A stretch of DNA of 64,000 nt from Octopus vulgaris (GCA_951406725.2 OX597827.1:79298001-79362000), one strand, 5' to 3'. Shown: positions 40,701 through 54,925, counted from the stretch's first letter. Notes: generated by a model not told the origin, from the letters alone. Made by a program: numbers and translations.

Positions 40701-40952
40701 AGTGTATAGTTTTCCTGAGTTGGTGACATTAAATAAATGAGAACCACTCTCGACTGTCCTTTGTAGTTGTGTAAATGTAATGAGAGTGTGTTGTTGATGT
40801 GTGAGAGGGTGTGATAAGTTAGAGTCAACAGCAATGTCTCCTATATAGGTGTGAGGTCTGCCTTCTTCCTTGACATGGTATGTAATATCTATGGACAGTA
40901 CAAGGGTGATCAGTAAATGTAGAAGACACAGTAGACCAATATATGCTGTCAT
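37773..40952 (-). CDS. Protocadherin g6, ~874 aa; coding exons 40952-38553, 38163-38019, 37852-37773
   Basis: Same motifs and splice sites; large exon coding part 2400 bp. Confidence 0.93.
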
Positions 40953-42691
40953 GTCTGGAATTCTTCATCACACTTTAGCAGGAGAAATTGCTACAAAAGA
41001 CAACAAAAATATTTAAAGCTTAAGTAGAATTAAAACAAAATAAAGCATAAAAGCAAAAACTACTTTGTAAATATTATTTCTATCTCCAAATATATACTAT
41101 TAGATTCATCAGAAATATTTAAAATGTGTCAACTTTTCTCTTCTGATGACAGTTACATCTTGGGTGTGATGTGGTGGCCGAATGGATGATAGGAAAGAAG
41201 AAACAGGGAACAGTAAAGACCAATGTACCTGACATTCCACGATAGTTTCAATATAGAACTGCTAGAAGTTCAATGTTGAATTAAAAATATATATTGATAG
41301 AGTTCAGTCAAGTACTTTTCTCCGGAAGGTAATGGAACCAGTTGGAGTGGCTACCTTCCTACACATAGGCAGGGAAACACACTTCACTTGCCACGGTTTC
41401 TAAATCTACATTCTTAACAGATTATGGTTTATACAGTTCTATATTTAAAAGATGAGGAATTATGTACATTATTTACATTTGACAGATATTTGTCCCCATC
41501 TTTGTTGTTAACACAACGATTTGGCTGATATAATCTCCAGCCTTCTTTCCTCAAGACACCTGATGAAGGCTGGGGGGGTATACCAACTGATCTTTATATA
41601 TTTATAATGGAAATAAATATCTTGCAAATACAATAAAGATACATTTTTTGTATGATGTGTTTTAGCAGACACCGCAATAAATTAAAAACAAATTCAGATA
41701 GTATATATGTTTGTATGTCTATTCACCTTTTATTTCACTATATTGTCTATGGATATTGAAATAAACTCTTAGATAGCGTTTTTTTTTATTTAAAAAAAAA
41801 ACGAACTACATGAAAATAGGAAAAAAAAAACAACCTGAAAATGAACTCCATGAAAACAAAATCCATGCAGTCTGAAAATGAAGGACAAGACTGAATAGAG
41901 GTGGGAAGCAAAAAAATTGAGGAGCTAAAGGAGTAGATCTACTTGGTGTATAAAATGGAAATGTGTCACAGACATGGATGTTGAAATCTCAAGGAGGATG
42001 GAAGGTATTTACTTTGATAACAAAACTGGACAAACCTACTACAAGCCTGTCTCTTCAATAGCATTGACCTAGCTGAACATGTATATGCAAATAAGACATG
42101 AGGTACTATGGAGGGGGAAGAATATCAATTAGCTATGAGACAACAAAGGGTCATGGAAAGATCCATGCTTGGAGAGCATATCTGATATGGGGAGATCAGT
42201 CAAAGTAACCTACCCATCCATGCCAGCATAGAAAACAGATGTTAAATGATGATGATGATGACAGAATAGTTTATAAAATTATGTGGAAATATTTAACAAA
42301 GATATCTTTTACTAGATAGAAAGATTGAGATTAGAAAATGGTGGAGTGAATGTTGATGATGGAAAAATATAATTATCTTCATAAAATATGTGGATCTCTT
42401 TGTTATCAAATTAATTTAATCCCTATTTTCATATAATATGTAGATTTTATACATGCAAAATAATTTTGCTATGTTACATTTAGTAAAGAACAACTATAAT
42501 ATGATGACTGTTAGTTTGAAGAAAGATGATGACATTATTTCTGATAAATTCTCAAAAAAATCTACATTCATCGATTGTCGTCAGAATTAATATATTTTAA
42601 CAAAACATGACACAATCATCAGTTTATATCTCACACAAAATATCTTAAATAACAAAATTATACTAAATTATATTTATTGTCATCTGAATAG

Positions 42692-42746
<55 letters not shown>

Positions 42747-42747
<1 letters not shown>

Positions 42748-43334
42748 GATATTCACAGACACGACAGAGTTGGGACCTACATACACTGGAAGCTATGCCA
42801 ACACTATGGAATAACAACAGAAGATGGTATAGGCACACACCAGAAAAGGTCACAGAAAACGAGAAAGCAACCATACGCTGGGATATGCCAATACACACAA
42901 ATAAAGAAATTAAGGCCAATAGGCCAGATATAGTTATCAGAGATCATGAAGAAAAAAATGTTTTCTAATTGATGTATCAATACCAGCAGATGACAATGTT
43001 TCTGTAAAAGAAATGGAGAAACTTTCAAAATGCAAAGACCTGGAAACAGAGGTAACTCGAATGTGGAATCTAAAAGCAGAAACAATTCCTATCATAGTCA
43101 GCGCATTAAGTATGATAAAAAGATATTCAGACAAATACATAACAAAAACATCAGGACTTACAAATATATATAACATACAGAAAATTGCACTACTGGGCAC
43201 TGCACACATCCTACGCTAAACACTTTCAATACAGTAACCCTCAGAGCATCACAACAAACCACAGCACATACCCAAAGCACACACAGCTGTACTCGGTAGT
43301 GAAGTGAAAGCACGCTATAAAAATAAAACTACTG
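42747..43334 (+). mobile_element. 5'-truncated R4/Dong-like LINE 3' end (restriction-like endonuclease) inserted in (TAA)n
   Basis: Translates to WYRHTPEKVTENEKATIRWDMPIHT...ANRPDIVI / FLIDVSIP...EKLSKCKDL...LLGTAHILR; (TAA)n at 42693-42746 and 43335-43355. Confidence 0.88.
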
Positions 43335-43617
43335 AATAATAATAATAATAATAATTTATAGGATTGAGGTAACTCCTCCAGTAGGTATACAGAAGCAAAA
43401 ATAAGAAGAGCGCTATTGTTATCAAGTGAACAATATTTCGGCATCTAGTGTGACTTCCACAAGTTCAAAAAATAAACTTTGCTTCTGTATACCTACAAAA
43501 GGAGTTACCGCAATCCTATAAAATATTACCAAAAATGAAGTAGATTGACATGTTTATTTTTTGAACCTGTGAAAGGTACACTAGATGCTGAAATACCATT
43601 CACTTAATAATAATAAT

Positions 43618-43808
43618 CCTTTCTACTATAGGCACAAGGCCTGATATTTGGAGACGGGGAATAGTTGATTATGCTGACCCCAGTGTTTCACTGGTACTTA
43701 TTTTATCGACCACTGAAGGGATGAAAGGCAAAGTCGACCTCAGTGAAATCTGAACTCAGAACACAAGCATTTCGACTGGTGTGATAATAATTCTGCCAGC
43801 TCACCTTC
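43618..43808 (-). mobile_element. SINE family A
   Basis: Homologous to 50138-50366 (ttatcgac...gatgaaaggcaaagtcgacctc...ttctgccagctcacc). Confidence 0.8.
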
Positions 43809-44232
43809 TTAATAATAATAATAACAAAACATTCTTGGTTTATTATATACTAAAAAAGACATAAACACTTAACAGAATATATCTGTATCTATCTATCTAT
43901 CTATAGGGATATTAGTGATCTGTTAGTGTTCATTGAAAGTAGAGAAAGATTAAGACTTAATCAGTGAATTATTACAACAAAATAGATATAAAATATATTG
44001 ACATACATTATTATCACTCAGTCTAATTGGCTATCAATCTAATGATGTCTGTCAGTGAAATAAATATATATACACATAGTTTGAACAATATAATATAAAT
44101 ATTATATATAAAACATATTTTAGCAATATATATAGTTTAAAATATCTTGTATAATGTTTCATGTTTGATTCTGACATTAAAAGATGTAATGCAGTTTGAA
44201 GTAATTGTATTACAATGACAACTGCAGATGTT

Positions 44233-44821
44233 GTTAATGGTGGAAGTGATGGCTAGATCTCTCGATCCTCCACTGTCCCAGTCCCTGTATATACAACATG
44301 GCAGACATTTTAGATATTATCCTTACCCTGTCTTTCATTAGAAACACAAATAATATAAATGTTATAATGAATATGAAAAGATAATAAAGAGAAGAAAGGG
44401 TGAAAGAGAGAGACTTACCTGCATTGTTTAATCCTTCACTGTAGTTGTGTGTGATGGGTGATGTGTATCCTGCTGTAGTGTTCCACTCTAACTGCTGCTG
44501 CTACTGCTGTAGTGGTATTATAGTGGTACTGCTGCTGTTGTAGTAGTGTTCCTGTGTTACTGCTCCTGCTGCTGCTGTTCCTGTGTAACTGCTGATATAA
44601 TAGTGTGACAGTTGCTGTATGTAGTGGGAGGTGAGATGTTAGCCAGATGCTGGTGTGTGCTAGTTACAACTCTATGTCCTCCACACACACACACAATTGT
44701 GTGTATGATGAACAAAGAAAAAAGCTATCAGCCTCACTTTCAATATTGAAAGAAATATAAAAAATCTCTCTCATCCAATAGGAAATTACTGCAATGATGT
44801 CTGTGTCACACAAACACATCA
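44233..44821 (-). promoter_or_regulatory. g6 conserved promoter/first-exon cassette (CCAAT 44775-44779; donor 44419/44418)
   Basis: Near-identical to the g1 cassette; the (GA)n tract is interrupted. Confidence 0.75.
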
Positions 44822-45745
44822 AACAACAGAATTCATGTTAAACAGAGGCAATATCACTTTTTCTATTTAATAAAAACACTAAATTTATATATCTAATGCT
44901 AGGAAAATAAGAGATTCGTATTAAAATATAAGATTTATAATAATATTTCTTGATATTTAATGGGTTATTATTAACTTCACTATGAGAATACATTTTCAGG
45001 ATTTCTATCAGAAAGAAATTGATTTTAAAAGAAGTCTTCAAAGATTTCATTATTTAAGTTTACAAGATTAGATAAACTGTAAACTAAGTAAATTAGGAGA
45101 AACAAAAGTATTTTTGAGTTAAAAATTAAAAAAACACGATTTTCTGATACTTACTTTACTTTATACATAATAAAATATGAAACTTTTAGAATTTCTAAGA
45201 AAACTTCAAAAATGAATTGACAGCTTTAGTATCTTACCAATATAGGTAACAGTACATTATTGGATGTTATGGGAGCTAACAATTACCTATACTTATATTA
45301 ACTAGTAATTAACTATATTTATATTCATTAGTAATTAGTAAAATTCAATATACACTAAATATAAAAGAAGAGGAGAAACCAAAAGTGGAATATTTTAAAT
45401 GAAAGCAAACAATTTATGGTAGAATTGATATCAAACCAAAAGACACAACAACTAAACATTCTAAGATGACTCAAACAAATTTACCTATGTTTAGTGAAAT
45501 GTCTATACTAAGACTGAGAGGAAAATTACTATTTTATAATAGTGGATTATGGTAAGTAGGATAGGGACTTTGTGATAGTTAATGAATCAGAGATGTAAAT
45601 TAGCAGTAATAATGGATGCCACAGGTAGGCTCTTTAAGTGTGACGTGTGAAAGAAACATAGAGTTGATATTTTTATATGAATATAAAGTATTGTGTAAGA
45701 TTTGGTGTGAGAGAGAATCATTTAACAGTAGTCATGGAACATCTA

Positions 45746-48677
45746 CTATGTTGGCTGTAGATAGGTATCTTGTATTTGTTGTCCCTTTAGTATTGTGGCT
45801 GCAACTGGATTGTCATTGGTATATTCTGCAAAATATCAAATATACAAACACAAATTACATTTCAATATAACAACTCCAATATATAAAGATAGAAACATTG
45901 ATCTTGTATTACACTAAGCATAACATTATATATTGTCCTACAGTAATAAAGGCAATTATATTTATATGTTATGTTTTGATAAAAGTTACCTGGTTCTGCA
46001 GGTATCTCATCATATGGTTTAGTCTTGCCATTACTCTTGCTAGCTTCTCTGTCCTTTTGGGATGTTAAGGTGTCACTGTTGTAAGACATGATGGAACTGG
46101 TGCGACGTCCTTGACTATGGATTGAATCACATCTCTGTTGATTAGAAAACAGAGCAGAGTGAATAATGTTAAATACAAGACATGTTAACATTTGTATTCT
46201 AAAATGTTCCTGATAAAAGACAAGAAAGGCATGCTTTTAAAATGTGTAGAAATATTATGAAATTTCTTCAACTATATTTACCTGAGGCACAGGTGGAAGT
46301 CTCCTTTGTGTTGTTGAGAATTTCCACTCATCTGGTGTCTGTTCCATCTCCAGAAAAAACTGACTTTTAGATTTTATTGTCTGAAGATTTCGGTTAAATA
46401 TCTCTTCTGCATTTCTCGTTATTGCAACAGGATTGTTAGTCTGATACAGTAATTGTCTCATCTCAGTCTGAGAGAGAAAGTTGGGATTTTCTGCTGTTGT
46501 GGGTGAGTTATTTGTGTGATTAATACATCTGAAAACACACAGTGTTATGGACACTACAATAGCCACAGATAGTATTACAGCTGCTGCTACAATGATAATT
46601 ACCCAAGTCATATTCAGGTCGTGACCAGACTGGAATGGCACAGCAGTCAACATTGGAGATGTATCATTACTAACAAACAGTGTTAGTATGATAGCAGTTG
46701 TTGCTGATTGAACTGGAGTACCACCGTCTTTCACTATAAACTGCAGCTCATATGTTCCTGCATCATTTTGGTAAACTGTGCGAGAGAAAGATAACACACC
46801 AGTGTGTGAGTTCACTGTAAACAGGTTTTTATCATTGGATCTCAGTATTCCATATGTGAGGAAAGCATTGTTTCCAGTGTCTTTGTCAGATGCTCTCAGA
46901 ATTGTGATGTCCTTCTTACTGTGTGGATGGTAGTGGACATCGAGATTGTAAGGGTCATTATTAGGAAACGTAAAATACGGAGCATTATCATTTTTATCTA
47001 GAATCTCAATAACAATATTGGCAGTGTCATTGAGAGAAGGTGTTCCATTATCTTTCACTAAAACCTGGAACTTATAGATGTCTTTCATTTCTCGATCTAT
47101 TGGTTGTGATGTAGAAATAAATCCATATTTTGTCAGTTGGAAAGGAATGTTATCATTGTTGTTATCATTGATGATAGAATATGTAAGTTGGCCTCCATCT
47201 CCAAGATCAGGGTCTGTAGCATTGATGAAGCCAATAGGGAAGTCAACTTTCTGGTTTTCATAGGTGAGGAATTGGAATGTCTCTTTGGTAAAATGTGGCT
47301 CTACATCATTGACATCAGTTACTTTGACAGAGAAATATTTTTACTTTCTAGTTGAGGTGACCCCATGTCATGACACACAATAGATACTTTATAGTGGTCC
47401 CTTATTTCTCTGTCAAGATGGCCCTTAACAATCATTTTATATTCTTTAGAATCTATTTTGGCAAGTTTAAATTTATCATGTTTTAAATCACAGATAACCT
47501 CACCATTAGGTCCACTATCAGTGTCAGTGACCATAACATAAGCTATAAAACTATCTACTTCACTGTCTTCTGAAACTGCTGCTGAGCTCTCTGATAAAGG
47601 AGATACAAAATCTATATTTATCAATGGAGCATTATTCTGGTTATTGACTATGTGAATCTGAACTGCTGCAACAGATTTTTTGGGTGGCTTTCCTCCATCT
47701 CTTGCTTCAATAAATAACTTATAAGACTCCTTTTTACTAAAATGAAAGTTGGCATGTAAAAATAAATCTCCAGTTTTCTTATCTAATACAAAATATTTCT
47801 GGATATTTCGAGATGTTTTATGGTTGAAATGATACAAAATCCTTCCATTGTCTCCAGAATCTTTATCTGTGGCCTTTAAAGTAAAAATTGGTAAATGTCT
47901 TTGATGTGAATTACTTACAGAGGTGTTGTACAGGTCGTGTGAAAATACAGGTGTGTTATCATTGACATCAGTTACAGATATGTGTACCTTCAGTGTAGCT
48001 GTTTTGGGAGGGTTCCCTCCATCTTTAGCTTCCAAGGTTAACATGTATGAGACTTTCACTTCCCTGTCTAACTTATCTTCAAGAATTATTTCAGGTGTGA
48101 AAATACCTTTGTGCTTTGTGACAGAGAGAGAAAATGGTTCTCTTTTATTTTTCTTGATCATATATGTAATTTGGGAATTTTTTACTGAAATATCTTCATC
48201 AATAGCATTCAGAAGAGATATTTTATCGCCTTTTCTATCTCTTTCAGAAAATTCAATTTCAACTTCATTCTGTGGAAATTCTGGGGAATGATCATTGATG
48301 TCATCTATTAATATTTTAATTCTTAATATTTTCAAAAATGTTTTCCCTTTCCTCACTGCTACTTTAACAATTCTGGAACATTCCCTGTTGTATGTACACA
48401 GAGACTCAGCATCCAGTGTCTGAGTAGTGTATAGTTTTCCTGAGTTGGTGACATTAAATAAGTGAGAACCACTCTCGACTGTCCTTTGTAGTTGCGTAAA
48501 TGTAATGAGAGTGTGTTGTTGATGTGTGAGAGGGTGTGATAAGTTGGAGTCAACAGCAATGTCTCCAATATAGGTGTGAGGTCTGTCTTCTTCCTTGACA
48601 TGGTATGTAATATCTATGGACAGTACAAGGGTGATCAGTAAATGTAGAAGACACAGTAGACCAATATATGCTGTCAT
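45746..48677 (-). CDS. Protocadherin g7, frameshifted as assembled (1-bp deletion, T6 to T5 at 47338-47342); exons 48677-46282, 46134-45990, 45825-45746
   Basis: Full-length homolog, 2396 bp instead of 2397; no other disablement seen. Pseudogene or sequencing error. Confidence 0.8.
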
Positions 48678-48835
48678 GTCTGGAATTCTTCATCACATTT
48701 GAGGAGAAATTTCTACAAAACATGAGAAATACATTTAAAATTTATTTATAATTCAACAAATCTAATTATATTTACAATAATCACTGTGACACTTCTATTT
48801 CTATCTGGAAACGTGTTCCATTTGTCAAAATTGAA

Positions 48836-50425
48836 CGTGGAGCAAAAAAAGGTCCTTTTTACACAGTTTTTCGAAATATGTTTTAAAATATATATTTTTC
48901 ATTGCAAAATCCTTTAAAAACAACTGTGTTAAAATCTGAAGTTCTTAAATGTACACCTTCAGTCTCTGCAGCCCACGTGAAATATTGAATAATGAGCTAA
49001 AAATCAATTTATAATACATTTGCCATTCCTCATTTTATTTTTTATATTCATTGTTACAAATCAATTTTCTTTTACGAAATCATTTAAAAGCAAGAGTGTT
49101 AAAATCTCAGGGTCTATAATTTATATCTTCAGGGTCCACAAAGCATTTGAAATTTTAAAATTATGTGAAAGAAATAGACTTTGTGACTTTGTTTCCTTTA
49201 TTATCTCTAATACTAGGTCACTGAATATATGTGTTACATGAGGTCTAGATCACACACACATTAAAATAAAATTACGTGTATAAACCTGTTTTTGATTCTT
49301 GACACATCTTGGTGATAAAAATAATTAATATTTCCAACAAGAAATGTCAAATAAATCTTTTGTTGCATTTTTCTTAAACACATTACACTGTTTGAAATGA
49401 TGGCACATTTTTTCTATTTCTCCCAGATTTTAGTAATGCTTGGTACTTTAGATAAAAGTTCAAGAATTTTAGTTTAACTGACTCAATTGTAACACAAGGG
49501 ATGGATGCCTTTTGCCAAAGAAGTATTATCTTTTCTGCCTCAATCTCGAAAATTTGTTTAATTGAAGGATCTTTCTTAACTATATTCTTTTCTTTGTTCA
49601 AATAAAACACATTTTAGCATGTCCTTGCAAGTTGGCAAAACTTGCTTGCTAAGATCATATGGAGTACCAAATATTGGGCATTCAATATCATGGTGCGTTA
49701 TTGGCTTACGAGTCATCACTAAATGTAAACAACACTAAATTTAACATGATCGTTAATTTTAATACAATGGCCTAAAGTCAAGGTACAAAGCAGAAAACTT
49801 CACACGTACCATGTACATCCACACACAATGACTGCTGCAGTGGCACTGGAGAGAAGTTCACACTCCCGTTCTCTATATAGTCAATGTGGAACTTCAAGAT
49901 ATTAGTCAATTGTATTGAAACTTGGTATGCAACCTCTTAAGGATACTATATTTACTGTTTTGCATTTTGCTATGTAGAAATATAGATACATTACGACTTA
50001 TAATCCATGAAATCCAAAATTTGACCAAAAATAGTGATTTTTAAATTTTTCAATTGTGTTGGGGAGCCTGAAAAGCATATTTAATCGCAATGTTCTTTAC
50101 ACACTTTTCTTTTTAACCTAATTCACAACAAAATATCTATTTCTTTATTACGCACAAGGGGCTAAACACAGAGGGGACAGACAAGGACAGACAAAGGGAT
50201 TAAGTCGATTACATCGATCCCGGTGCATAACTGGTACTTAATTTATCGACCCCGAAAGGATGAAAGGCAAAGTCGACTTCGGCGGAATTTGAACTCACAA
50301 CGTAACGACAGACGAAATACGGCTATGCATTTCGCCCGGCATGCTAACGTTTCTGCCAGCTCACTGCAACAAAATATCGATTCTTGGTTACCAATTTCGA
50401 AAGTTGCACTTTTCGCTCCACCCTA
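48836..50425 (-). mobile_element. Internally deleted DNA transposon, probably hAT (hATm-like)
   Basis: Absent from the homologous g8 intron position. Imperfect TIRs (cGTGGAGCaAAAA vs reverse complement tagGGTGGAGCgAAAA). Broken ORF CPIFG...VLPTCKDML / LWQKASIP / DLFDISC. The family call is from memory of TAGGGT termini and these motifs. Confidence 0.65.
50138..50366 (-). mobile_element. Full-length tRNA-derived SINE family A with 12-bp target-site duplication
   Basis: TSD caacaaaatatc at 50126-50137 and 50367-50378; A box TGGCAGAAACGTTAG and B box GAGTTCAAATTCC on the minus strand; nested in the DNA transposon. Confidence 0.88.
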
Positions 50426-51032
50426 CTGAATAGTCTTCCGTGATCTGACAATACATAACGAGAGTTATCTCCCTCGAATAAACCTCACTCATTTATCTTA
50501 ATTATTGTGTTGTTTATCTAGTCTCAATGTTTTACATTGTGTCTCTCAGAAAATTCTGTTGTTGGATTAAACGTTAGCAATCAACATGTTTTAGGTTTAA
50601 TGTTCATAATTCATGAATAGATTAATGTATTTCTTCAAAAATATATCTATACAGAAATAATAAAACACTATATAGAAATGAGTATCAAAGTGAGACATGA
50701 CATGTCTGGAATTAAATTTAAATTGCTTGTCCCAATCCTCTGACTGAGTACAGAAACTATTTGATAAAAATATCTGCCATCACAATTCTAACGATACAGT
50801 TACTTTTTCCTGTTCCAAGAACAATTTTGGAATGAATGTTTCTTTCTGCATTTCATTTTAATGTGGAAACAGGATGGTGGAGAGTAAAGAATCGAGGGAA
50901 CTGTCTAATCCAATATGTACATATGATGATAAAGATGAGGAGATAGAAAATATAATTTCTCAACCCAAATGTCACCATGTTTGAACAGTTATAAGGATTG
51001 CTAGATGCTGGAATATAACATTTACTCTCTGT

Positions 51033-51745
51033 CATCATCATTGTCGTTTAACGTCTGCTTTCCATGCTAGCATGGGTTGGACGGTTTGACTGGGGTCTGG
51101 GAAGCCAGGAGACTGCACCAGGCTCCAGTCTGATCTGGGTGCCCTTCCTAACGCCAACCACTCCAAGAGTGCAGTGGGTACTTTTTTACGAGTCACTGGC
51201 ACAGGGGTCACAGGGGGCTGACATTGACTGCGATCGGATGGTGCTTTTTACGTGACACCGGCATGGAAGCGAGTCAAGGTGACATATCATCTTTGTCGTT
51301 TAACGTTCGCTTTCCATGCTGGCATGGGTTGGACAGTTTGACTGAGGTCTGGAGAGCCAGAAGGCTGCACCAGGCTCCAATCTGATCTGGCAAAGTTTCT
51401 ACAACTGGATGCCCTTCCTAACGCCAACCACTCCAAGAGTCACTGGCACAGGGGTCACAGGGGGCTGACATTGACAGCAATTGGATGGTGCTTTTTACAC
51501 GCCACCGGCATGGAAGCCAATCAAGGTGGCATATCATCATTGTCTCTTAACGTTCGCTTTCCATGCTGGCATGGGTTGGACAGTTTGACTGAGGACTGCC
51601 GAGCCAGAAGGCTGCACCAGGCTCCAAAATGATCTGGCAAAGTTTCTACAACTGGATGCCCTTCCTAATGCCAACCACTCCAAGAGTGTAGTGGGTGCTT
51701 TTTACATGCCACCAGCATGAGGGCCAGTCCCGCAGCATTGGCAAC
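51033..51745 (-). mobile_element. Three tandem copies of SINE family B (~250 bp period)
   Basis: Units start near 51033, 51283 and 51530. Confidence 0.8.
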
Positions 51746-53159
51746 GAAATATCCAGCTTAATTGGAGAAAGAGAACAAAAACCTAGTGACAATTGTGATT
51801 GACTTAGAAACAAGAGAGATCTTTTCATCAAATGAAGAAATAACCTCACAATAATTTACATGCTAAAGGAAATGAATATATAATATTTGTTTGCAATAAG
51901 GGACTATTTTAAGTAAAAGAATTATGAATATTTTTTTTACCGCAATTATTTACATAATTAAAAAAAATGAGATCAGAGAAATAACTGCAATGTGACAATG
52001 GCATCAGTGATAAATAATGATGTGATGTACTGAATGCTGTATACAAAATAACTCTTTAATTAATTGAAAAGTGGCTCTGAACGAAAAAACACCCTAATGA
52101 CAATTTATGCTATTTCCAGAGTATTGTGGAAGCTGAAAAATAGGTGTCAGCTGAGCCTAAAACTGAATCAACCACACTAGACAGAGTTGACAATCACCAA
52201 AGTCCTTTCCTTTGGACAATAATATTGGCTTCACGTCAATGTGCCATTCTGTTACCAGTAGGTGAAAGGATATGTTTAGCAATGAGAATTACAAAAAAAT
52301 TTATTTATCATTGATAGGAGAGGGCAGAAAAGCTCTGTGAATTATCCACTAATTTAATAAAAAACTACATAGTCTTTTCATTGCTTTACATACAAATATG
52401 TATTTTTCAGAAAATATAACAAGACAATCTCTAGTTGACTTCTCTCGCTCTCAACCTCTTTTGTAAAAGCAGCTTAGGATTAGAATATTTATTCTAATCC
52501 TAAGAAATGCCTAAAAATCATTAATAGAATATTATTGGCATGAAATCTCACACAGATGGATTAAAAGATGTTGATAAATTTGAAAGAGGATATTTAGTAG
52601 CCATATTTGTCCAATATCTTTAAGGAATACTTCAAATTTAATTTGAATGAAATATTTAATTCACAGAAAAAATAATTATGAGAACTTGGTACAAAGGTGT
52701 TAATAACACACACAAAACAGTGCGTAAAATTTTGTGTAATAATTCACAATACATTTTATTCATAAGTAGATGAGGATTATTGAATATTTCACTGGAAGTT
52801 ATTAATGAAAAAAAAATATTGATAATTATCAGACAGAGATATTTAGAACTATTTATTAAGTGAAGTATAATGATGATAATTAAACCTCCATTTATATGTT
52901 TCGTATTATACTGCTAAATATAATAAATTTCTGAGATGTTTTGGTATATTATAATAACAACAACATTAATGTGATGTATGATGGTTTGTAGAAAGACGAT
53001 GATATTATTTCTGATTCTCAAAAATTCATCAATTGTTGTCAGAGTTAATAGATTTTAACAAAAGATGACAATATCATCAGTTTCTAACTCACAATAAATA
53101 CCTTAAATAACAAATCTACATTAAATAATATTTATCAACATCTTAATTATAAAATATAA

Positions 53160-53345
53160 TCCTTTCTACCATAAGCACAAAGCCTGAAATTTTGGATGGG
53201 TAAGGGTTAATTGATTACATCAACCCCACTGCTTATCTGGTACTTATTTCATCCTGGCAGCCTTTGAAATCAGAAGGTAAAGACAAATAAAATGCCATAA
53301 AGCATTTTCTGTTGTCTGCCAATAATTCTGCAAACTTGCCACCTT
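53160..53345 (-). mobile_element. Degenerate SINE family A
   Basis: Similar to 43618-43808, with an internal deletion. Confidence 0.6.
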
Positions 53346-53708
53346 GAAAATAATATCAGTAATAACAATAAACATCCTTAGTTTATTATATACAATATAT
53401 ATACGTATATCTATAAAATGGATATTAATAATCTATCACAGTACATTGAAAATTTAAAACAGATATAAACTATACTGACATACATTAGTCAACACCCAGT
53501 CTTACTGGTTAGTGATGTTTTCTGACAGTGAAATAAATATATATATATATACAACTAGTTTAGACTATATTAGAGCAATATTCTTTATAGCAATATATAT
53601 GTTTTTTAATATTTCTTGTATAATGTTGTCTTGTGTTATTCCAACATTAAAAGACGTAATCCAGATTGAAGTAATTGAATTACAATGTCTACTGCAGTTC
53701 TTGTTGTT

Positions 53709-54282
53709 GTTAATGGTGGAAGTGATGGCTAGATCTCTCGATCCTCCACTGTCCCAGTCCCTGTATATATACAACATGGCAGACATTTTAGATATTATCC
53801 TTACCCTGTCTTTCATTAGAAATACAAATAATATAAATGTTATAATGAATATGAAAAGATAATAAAGAGAAAGAGAGAGAGAGAGACTTACCTGCATTGT
53901 TTAATCCTTCACTGTAGTTGTGTGTGATGGATGATGTGTATCCTGCTGTAGTGCTCCACTCCAACTGCTGCTGCTGTAGTGGTATTATAGTGGTACTGCT
54001 GCTGTTGTAGTAGTGTTCCTGTGTTACTGCTGCTGCTGTTCCTGTGTAACTGCTGATATAATAGTGTGACAGTTGCTGTATGTAGTGGGAGGTGAGATGT
54101 TAGCCAGATGCTGGTGTGTGCTAGTTACAACTCTATGTCCTCCACACACACACACAATTGTGTGTATGATGAACAAAGAAAAAAGCTATCAGCCTCACTT
54201 TCAATATTGAAAGAAATATAGAAAATCTCTCTCATCCAATAGGAAATTACTGCAATGTGGTCTGTGTCACACAAACACATCA
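53709..54282 (-). promoter_or_regulatory. g7 conserved promoter/first-exon cassette (CCAAT 54236-54240; donor 53892/53891)
   Basis: Near-identical to the g1 cassette, with shorter CTG tracts. Confidence 0.75.
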
Positions 54283-54925
54283 AATAAAAGAAGCCACATG
54301 GAAGCAAAGCAGTTTGTAGTGCTAAGAATTTCGTTTATGTTTAATATTAATAAGCAAAGAAACTTCATATTTTCCTTTTATCTTCAAGTTATAAACTATT
54401 TCATATTCTAGTCTAGAAATTAATGTTTATAAGTAGTTAAATTCAAAAATATATTTGACGCTAATATTGATATTAAACTTCTATATAATGGTGGAAAATA
54501 ATTAATTCTAACTTTTTATCTTTGAATATTTATGAATTTGTCTGATGCTTAACTTACAAATTCTATAATACAATAGATATACGATTTCCTTAGTTGGTTT
54601 TGAAATATAATCATATATTTCAGGTAAATATTATGAAATGAGTTATGAACTACTTCATGTAAAATTAGGGTTTTTAGATGAATATGAGAAAAATAAAATC
54701 TATAACAGTTGAAACAAACTAAAGAAGTATGGAAATATAGTTTAAAATATTAACATTATTTAAGTATCAGGCATGGAAATTATACACCATAAGGAAGATA
54801 CTGTTGGCCGTTTATGTGTGCGATGTGTGAAAAAAACATAGAGTTGATATTTTTACATGAATATAAAGTATTGTATAAGATTTGGTGTGTGAGAGAATAA
54901 TTTAGCAATAGTCATGGAACATCTA

